From contig JAKPMO010000004.1 of assembly GCA_029548865.1 (NCBI GenBank), forward strand, positions 64,001-128,000: a DNA stretch of 64,000 nt, given 5' to 3'. Source of the stretch: Caldisericota bacterium. Its GTDB lineage: Bacteria; Caldisericota; Caldisericia; JAAYUI01. The notes below the pieces were generated by a model. The model saw only the letters and a list, made by a program, of their open reading frames with translations, made no database searches and was not told where the DNA came from. The position numbers were made by a program, and so were the translations under genes. This document shows positions 54,056-61,300 of this stretch, one piece after another (within the stretch, counting starts at the first letter, position 1; every line of letters starts with the position of its first letter).

Positions 54056-57000
54056 CTATTCTTCGTCTAGTTCTATCTCATCGCTGATACTGAAGGTTTC
54101 TGGAACGATAACCTTCATCTGGTCAGCATCCATTGATTCCTGTATGGCTGCGTCAACCTTCATGTTGAAGAGGCCCTTGTCAGATTTTGATTTGTCTTCC
54201 TTCTCACCAATAATCTGAAGATCTATGCAAAGTCCCCTGAGTTCTCTCTGGATGACCTTGAATGATTCCGGTGTTCCTGATTCAGGGATCGGTTTCCCCC
54301 TGCAGATTGCCTCGTAGGCCTTGATTCTTCCCTCTGTGTCATCGGATTTTAGGGTGAGCATTTCTCTTAGTGTGTGTGCTGCACCGTAGGCTTCGAGTGC
54401 CCAGACTTCCATTTCTCCGAGTCTCTGGCCTCCAAACTGTGCTTTTCCGCCCAATGGCTGTTGGGTTATGAGGGCATATGGTCCGGTTGAACGGGCGTGG
54501 ATCTTGTCTTCAACAAGATGGTTGAGTTTAAGCATGTATGCTATGCCAATGGTAACCATGTTTTCAAACTTTTCGCCGGTGTAGCCATCATAAAGATTCA
54601 TCTTGCCATCTTTTGGAAGGCTTGCCTTCTCAAGCGCATCAACGACATCTTTTTCAGTTGCGCCGGAGAAAATTGGCGTGGCAAAGTAAACGCCAAGCTG
54701 TCTGGCTGCATAACCAAGGTTGCACTCAAGAATCTGGCCGATATTCATACGCGAAGGAACACCAAGTGGTGAAAGAATTATGTCTACTGGTGAACCATCC
54801 TCAAGGAAAGGCATGTCATAAATTGGGAGGATTTTCGAGATGACACCCTTGTTTCCGTGCCTTCCTGACATCTTGTCGCCAACTTGGATTTTACGTTTTT
54901 CGGCGACGTATACCTTGGCAAGCATGTTCAATCCAACCTGAAGCTCGTCCGATTTGTCCCTCTTGAAAAGCTGTGTTCCGATTACAACACCCTTTTCTCC
55001 CGGGCTTACCCTGAGCGATGAATCACGGACGTCTTGACCCTTGCGGTCGAACATGGCCCTCCAGAGCTTCATTTCTGGGGTAAATTCGGATTCGGCCTTT
55101 GGGGTGACCTTTCCGACGAGAATATCGCCGGATTTGACCTCGGTTCCGACCCTTACGATTCCATTTTCATCAAGATTGCGAAGCATCTCTTCGGAGACGT
55201 TTGGTATTTCCCTGGTCAGTTCTTCCGGTCCGACCTTGGTGTCTCTTACTGCAAGCTTGTATTCTTTTATATGGATTGAAGTGTAAACATCGTCATAAAC
55301 AAGGCGCTCTGAAACAATGATGGCGTCCTGATAGTTGTACCCTCTCCATGGGAGATATGAAACAAGAACGTTCTGGCCAAGTGCCAGGTCGCCCCTGTCG
55401 CAGGCTTCTCCATCGATAATGACATCGCCAGCCGAGACGAAGTCTCCCTTACGGACGAGCGCCCTCTGGTTGATGCAAATGTCCTGGTTTGACCTGAAGA
55501 ACTTTTGAAGCTTGTAGGTTGTTTCATAGGATACATGTATATCATCAACACCTATTGAGGCTAGGCGCTTCAAAAGATCAACTGTAAGGTACGAACCTTT
55601 GTATGCTACAACTTCTTTGGAATCATAGATGTCTTCGGCAAGAATTCTTGAAGAGTTGAGCATCTCCTGATTGAAGGTGTAAACTTCTTCCTCGTGAAGG
55701 GCCATTATGTCGACAACCCTGATTTCAGTTGCGCCGAGTTGCAGTAGCTGGCGGAGCACATCTTCGGTTACAAAGGAAGAATCGATATTGTCAAATATTT
55801 CCTGTTCCTTTGGCCCCCTGAGGAGGATTTTTCCAAGGAAACTGTTTCTTGAGGCTGCAACTTTGAGAATGGCTACAGGAAGGTTTTCGGGTGAACCCTC
55901 AACCTCGACGATTACATCTCTTATGCCTGCTTTGTAGAGTTTCTCAAGGCCTGTTTCAGTTATCTTTTTGCCTGCGGCGATGAGGGTTTTTCCTTCAGAA
56001 TCAAGGGCTGGCTCGACAAGGATTTTGCCTATCAGTTCGTCATTTCTTTCGACTTTTACGAACTCGCCTAGGTTGATTGTTTCTACTTCATCCCTGCTTA
56101 TGGTTCTTACTTTAAAGAAATTGTTCTGGATGAGCTTTCTGGCCACTGTTCCATCAACGAGATCGCCTATCCTGCCGACGTTTGCTATATCTTCACCAAG
56201 AAACCTGTAGAGTGCTTCAGAGTTGATGCTACCAAGCTTGAATTTGACTGGTTGTGCATCAAGTGATGCAATTTTTATTGTTCCGGCATCAACATAGGAG
56301 ACTACGCCAGACTCTTTGGCCAGGACAACAGAGCAGTTGTCCACGACGATCTGGTGCTCCATGCCAGTGCCAACTCTTGGGGCCTCTGGCTGGATGAGTG
56401 GAACGGCCTGGTGTTGCATGTTGCAGCCCATGAGGGCACGGTTTGCTTCATCGTGCTCAAGGAATGGAATGATTGTGGCCGAAGCTGAGAAGACCTGGTT
56501 TGGAGAAATGTCTATAAGATCAACATCGAGAGGCTCAACTTCTACAATTTCTCCACCCTTTTGCCTGCAGATGGCAGTGCCTTTGATTATTCCTTTGCGG
56601 TCAGTCTCGGTGTTTGCCTGTGCGATATTGTAGTTTTCCTCATCATCGGCAGTCAGGTAGATGACCTCGTCTGTGACCCTTCCCTCTATAACCTTGAAAT
56701 AGGGGGCCCTTATAAAGCCAAATTCATCGACGATTGAGTGCGAGGTCAGTGAGTTGATAAGACCGATTTTTCCGCCTTCAGGTGTTTCAATAGGGCATAT
56801 CCTTGAGTAATGGCTGTGGTGGACATCACGCACATCTGCACCAGCACGATCCCTATTGAGACCACCTGGTCCAAGAGATGAAAGTTTACGTTTGTGGGTG
56901 AGTGCAGCGACAGGATTTGTCTGGTCCATGAACTGGGAAAGCTGGCCGAGGCCGAAGAATTCCCTCATGGCTGCAATTATTGGCCTAACGTTGATGATAT

Positions 57001-58255
57001 TCTGGACGGTAAGCTCTTCATCCGGAAGGGTGATGATCTTTTCCCTTACAATCTTGAGCATCCTGAGAAAGCCGACCCTGAGCTGGTTTTCGAGCAATTC
57101 ACCAACTGCCCTGATACGCTTGTTTGCAAGGTGGTCCTTGTTGTCTGGTGGGACATTGCCCAGTTTTAGCTGGAACAAGAATTTCAGGATTGCTCTTACG
57201 TCTTCAAGCGTAACGAGGTTGGAGTCAAGGTTTAGCTCGAGCTTCTTGTTGATTTTGTATCTACCAACAACCGAGAGGTTGTTTCTTCTTGGATCCCTGA
57301 GCAGGTTGTGAATAAGGCTTTCGGCATTTTCGATTGTTGGACGCTCACCAGGCCTGATGTGCTTGAACATATCGACAAGAGCTTCTTCTCTTGTTTTGGT
57401 CTGGTCTTTTTCGAGTGTGGCCACAATGAAGCTGGCTATGTCTTTGTCAAAGTATTTTACTTTTTTGATTCCAAGGCGTTTTATTTCATCGAGGATTATG
57501 TTAGTGAGTGTCGTACCAGCTTGATAAAGATCATCACCGGTTGTTGGGTGATAAATAGTATCAGCAAGAGGTTTTCCTTTTGCCCTCTCGAGATCAGTTT
57601 TATTGTCAGACTTTGCTTCGGAGGTTTTGTCCTGGTTGAAGAGATTACGGATTTCATCATCCGTGTAATCGCCCATCACCCTCAGTAATTCTGTGACGGG
57701 GAATTTCTTGGATTTTTTATCTATCTTGACATAACAAATGTCATCATCGCCCATTTCAAATTCGAGCCATGAACCTCTGTCTGGTATGACGGTTGCCATG
57801 GCCCTGTTTCTGTTTGAATTTGGCAGTTGTTCAAATTCGAAATACACTCCTGGTGAGCGCACGAGCTGGGAAACAACGACACGCTCAACGCCGTTGATTA
57901 TGAATGTTCCGGCATCTGTCATTTGTGGAAGCTCTCCAGCGAAAAGCTCCTGCTCTTTTATTTCGCCGGTTTCTTTATTTATAAGCCTAACAGTGAGTTT
58001 TAATGGTATGGTGTATGTCAAACTGCGCTGTTTGCATTCAATTTGACTGTATGGTGGATCACCGAGTGTGTAATCAACAAACTCGACTTCGACTTTTCCC
58101 GATTCACGAAGTGAACGATCTTCGTTCAATGAAGCAATGAGGTTTTTGAGGTCCTCGGTCAAAAACCTTTTGTAAGAATCGGTCTGGATTCTTATCAAAT
58201 CTGGTGGATTGACCTCAGTTCTTCTCTTGCCAAACCAAACCCGTTCAATTCTCAT
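54056..58255 (-). CDS. rpoB: RNA polymerase beta subunit
   Basis: INGVERVVVSQL, SQFMDQ, ETPEG, GDKMSGRHGNKG, GGQRLGEME. Confidence 0.99.
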   Translation of the reverse strand: MRIERVWFGKRRTEVNPPDLIRIQTDSYKRFLTEDLKNLIASLNEDRSLRESGKVEVEFVDYTLGDPPYSQIECKQRSLTYTIPLKLTVRLINKETGEIKEQELFAGELPQMTDAGTFIINGVERVVVSQLVRSPGVYFEFEQLPNSNRNRAMATVIPDRGSWLEFEMGDDDICYVKIDKKSKKFPVTELLRVMGDYTDDEIRNLFNQDKTSEAKSDNKTDLERAKGKPLADTIYHPTTGDDLYQAGTTLTNIILDEIKRLGIKKVKYFDKDIASFIVATLEKDQTKTREEALVDMFKHIRPGERPTIENAESLIHNLLRDPRRNNLSVVGRYKINKKLELNLDSNLVTLEDVRAILKFLFQLKLGNVPPDNKDHLANKRIRAVGELLENQLRVGFLRMLKIVREKIITLPDEELTVQNIINVRPIIAAMREFFGLGQLSQFMDQTNPVAALTHKRKLSSLGPGGLNRDRAGADVRDVHHSHYSRICPIETPEGGKIGLINSLTSHSIVDEFGFIRAPYFKVIEGRVTDEVIYLTADDEENYNIAQANTETDRKGIIKGTAICRQKGGEIVEVEPLDVDLIDISPNQVFSASATIIPFLEHDEANRALMGCNMQHQAVPLIQPEAPRVGTGMEHQIVVDNCSVVLAKESGVVSYVDAGTIKIASLDAQPVKFKLGSINSEALYRFLGEDIANVGRIGDLVDGTVARKLIQNNFFKVRTISRDEVETINLGEFVKVERNDELIGKILVEPALDSEGKTLIAAGKKITETGLEKLYKAGIRDVIVEVEGSPENLPVAILKVAASRNSFLGKILLRGPKEQEIFDNIDSSFVTEDVLRQLLQLGATEIRVVDIMALHEEEVYTFNQEMLNSSRILAEDIYDSKEVVAYKGSYLTVDLLKRLASIGVDDIHVSYETTYKLQKFFRSNQDICINQRALVRKGDFVSAGDVIIDGEACDRGDLALGQNVLVSYLPWRGYNYQDAIIVSERLVYDDVYTSIHIKEYKLAVRDTKVGPEELTREIPNVSEEMLRNLDENGIVRVGTEVKSGDILVGKVTPKAESEFTPEMKLWRAMFDRKGQDVRDSSLRVSPGEKGVVIGTQLFKRDKSDELQVGLNMLAKVYVAEKRKIQVGDKMSGRHGNKGVISKILPIYDMPFLEDGSPVDIILSPLGVPSRMNIGQILECNLGYAARQLGVYFATPIFSGATEKDVVDALEKASLPKDGKMNLYDGYTGEKFENMVTIGIAYMLKLNHLVEDKIHARSTGPYALITQQPLGGKAQFGGQRLGEMEVWALEAYGAAHTLREMLTLKSDDTEGRIKAYEAICRGKPIPESGTPESFKVIQRELRGLCIDLQIIGEKEDKSKSDKGLFNMKVDAAIQESMDADQMKVIVPETFSISDEIELDEE

Positions 58256-58320
58256 GTGGTTTCCTTCCTACCCCACTCATCAGGGCATACGAATTGCTAG
58301 GGGCATATTCACAAAAGAAT

Positions 58321-58349
58321 ATCCTAACCTATGGCCCTTTTAATGTCAA
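58321..58349 (-). promoter_or_regulatory. Putative dedicated promoter of rpoB-EFG2-rpoC
   Basis: TTGACA-N17-TAGGAT, 65 nt upstream of rpoB. Confidence 0.65.
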
Positions 58350-58359
58350 TGAACAATGG

Positions 58360-61300
58360 TTAAGGTAACCACACTCTTTCAATTACTATAAAACCTTTGA
58401 GCAGGTCAGTATTTAGTGTGCATTCAAGCACAGACCTGAGAATTTCTTGCGTCAGATAGAACGAACCATCCACCAGTGAAGGTGAGTTTGGCAATTGTAT
58501 CTGGGTACCTCCAGAAAGAGCAACGGTTGAACCTGACTCAAAGATGATTGATTTTCCAAACACATCAAGTTTGCAGGTGTTTGCTTCCTGGGAAACTTGG
58601 AACGAGGCACCGAAAATTACCCGTAAAGCGTCTACTGGTATCAATCCATCCTTTGTCAGAGAGGATTGCATCACGCCAATCACATCACCTTTTTGGTCAA
58701 AAACTTCTTTCTGGCCAACAACAATTCGGCCCCAGCCTTGTGCATATACCGGGATTTCTACTGTTTCGATGGCAATGTTTCCTGCCTGGTCAACAGCTTC
58801 AATCTTGATCTGATTCTTGCCAGGCACCAAAGAAATGCTGGCCTGATAAATGTCGTAAACCACGGTTGCATCTTTGCCATTGATCTTGACAGAGGCCCCT
58901 GGCTCAACCCTTCCCTTTATTATAAATTCTTGTGCACCAATAAGCTCTGGGAATTTTGGCACAAGCAATTCTGGTTTTATGGTATCGAGTGTTATTGAAA
59001 GTTGCAGTGTTCTTGATGGGCCTTTTGAAAGTTGGGACACGATAACCACAAAATTCGGGCCTTCAACAAGAGACACCTTTGTGGTGAAAGAACCATCCTG
59101 GGCAACCTGGGTCAGTTTTCCATTGATTACCAGTGTTGCTCCTGGGGACGTCTTGCCTTTTAGCGTGACCGTTTGTTTGTTGGTGAGGGATGGGTATGGA
59201 TCAACCTCAAGAACTGGAGGTTCGGTTTGGTCACCTGTGTATTCGATGATTTCCCCGGGCACAAAACCTTTGGCTGTCGCAGATATAACGATCTTCATGA
59301 CTGATTTGGGCTCTATTTCAAGCGTTACTTTGCCGTTTGCATCAGTTTGCCCTTCAGCATCAACATCCTCGCCTTTAACCCTTACTGCGGCATTCGGTAT
59401 CACTGCTTTTGTGGCCCTATCAATGATCTGAATAGTCAGGGTGTTTTTGATTCCATTGACGATTTTTGATGGTGAGAGAAGTATTGGGACAATTCCGGGT
59501 GAGCTGTCAAGTGCAGCAATCGGGTAAATGGAGAAGTATTCGGGGGCATCTTTTATGGTGAATTCAAATGGTTCTTTGTCCAGCAAAGTGTTTTTGCATG
59601 TGTATCCAAGCTGTATAACTGATTTACCCTGTCCCGTTGGGTTTAGAGTGAGGTAGGTATAAGGAACACTTCCTGGCTCAAATGCGTAGAATCCACCCTG
59701 GGAGAGGAAGCTCTCATTTGCTCCAGTGGCCATTATGTAGCCACCGCCAGTGATCTGGATATCCCTGTCATCAGCCGGCATTATTTCTACCAGTATGTGG
59801 TTGTCAGTGGCATAGGCCAGATCAAAGTTGTTCTGGTCGAGTAACCCTATTGAAAGCGGCATCTTGCTTTCTGCTGATTTAAAGGCCATCTTTGGTGTTT
59901 CAAGCGAGAGCATTGTCTCTGGGAAAGCATCCCAGTCGAGAGCAAATGTTCCGTCCCTGGAACCCATGGTTGAACCTTCCAGTGGCCCAGGATTTGTCTT
60001 GTACTTGAACCTGGTGTAATGGAAGCCAGGATCTGTGTAGTTTGAGAAAGGAGCACCTGCTACATCTGCAAAGAGGTCGTCAGTTGAGTATGAGTTGAGG
60101 CCAACTAGACCACCTACCTTGCATACGTCTTCGGCAAAAATATAGAACTTGCATGAACCAAGCTCATCCAGAGGCAGAGTATCTTTGATATCCAGGATAC
60201 CGTCCTTTTCCCTGTCAGCGAAGAGATATGTACCCTCGTGAGGATTGTTGTATATGCAACCAAGGCCCCACCCATATGGAGTAGGTTTGTACTCCGGCTG
60301 GACAAGCATATTCGGCCTGTCCGAGAACGTATCGTTATTGTAGTGGATATTTGTTATGTTGTAGAGGACTGGCTCATTGCGCCTTAATATCGTTACAGCC
60401 CTTAACTGCTCATCCCACGTGAAGAATTCCCTCTTTGTCAGGAATGAACTAAATTGGAGTATCTCACCATTTGATCTCTGGAGCTGTCTATCTCCGTTCC
60501 AGTCCAATCCAAGGTGAACGCTGTATTTTGTCTCACACCTTTCACAGGGGAAGAAGCTTCTCGGACGCCAGTTGGCGGGGACGTTTATAAATGGGGTAAA
60601 GTGAGCTGGGTATGTTATCTTGTCACCGCAAATTCTCACCTCTTTTGGAGGTTGTTTGAGAATAAAACCTTGCCGGTTCTTGCAGACAGCTGTTACCTCG
60701 TAGACTCTATTGGATCCCGCAGTAAGCAAGAAATCTGGTTCACCAGGAGTTGTGAACACTTTTCTTTCTGGGTCATCAAGGTTTGTAACATTGTATTCAA
60801 CAATTGGAAGCTCAACCTTGATCTTGGTTGTTCCAAAGTGTTTTCTGTTGGGCGTGTAAACAGTAAGATAAAATTCGCCTGCATCGTTGGCACAGAAGCC
60901 TTTAAATTGATATATTCCATCTTTTGAGCGCGAGAAGTCAATCTGGATTGGTTCAAATGATCTCTTCTTGGCATCTTCCCAATCAGAGTAGAGGAACATG
61001 TTGGCGTAGTAATTATAGGAAACGTTGTGAAGGTCTGTTCTTACCCAGTAATATTGCGGCAATCTTGCGTCTGGGCCAAAGAACAGCTCATCGTCCGGGA
61101 ACCAGTCCTTAAAGCAATGTAACCATGCTCGATCAGGTGGGACTTCGTTGTCTCCGCCCATGTCCCTTACGCCCTGGAGAAGGTCGACTGGAGTACCTGT
61201 TGCATCGGTGACCCTTATGGTTAGGGGTTTAGACGGATCAGCCATCTCATTTACAACTCCAGCTGTAAGTGGTTGTGGCGAAATCTCAACGGTGAGGTCG

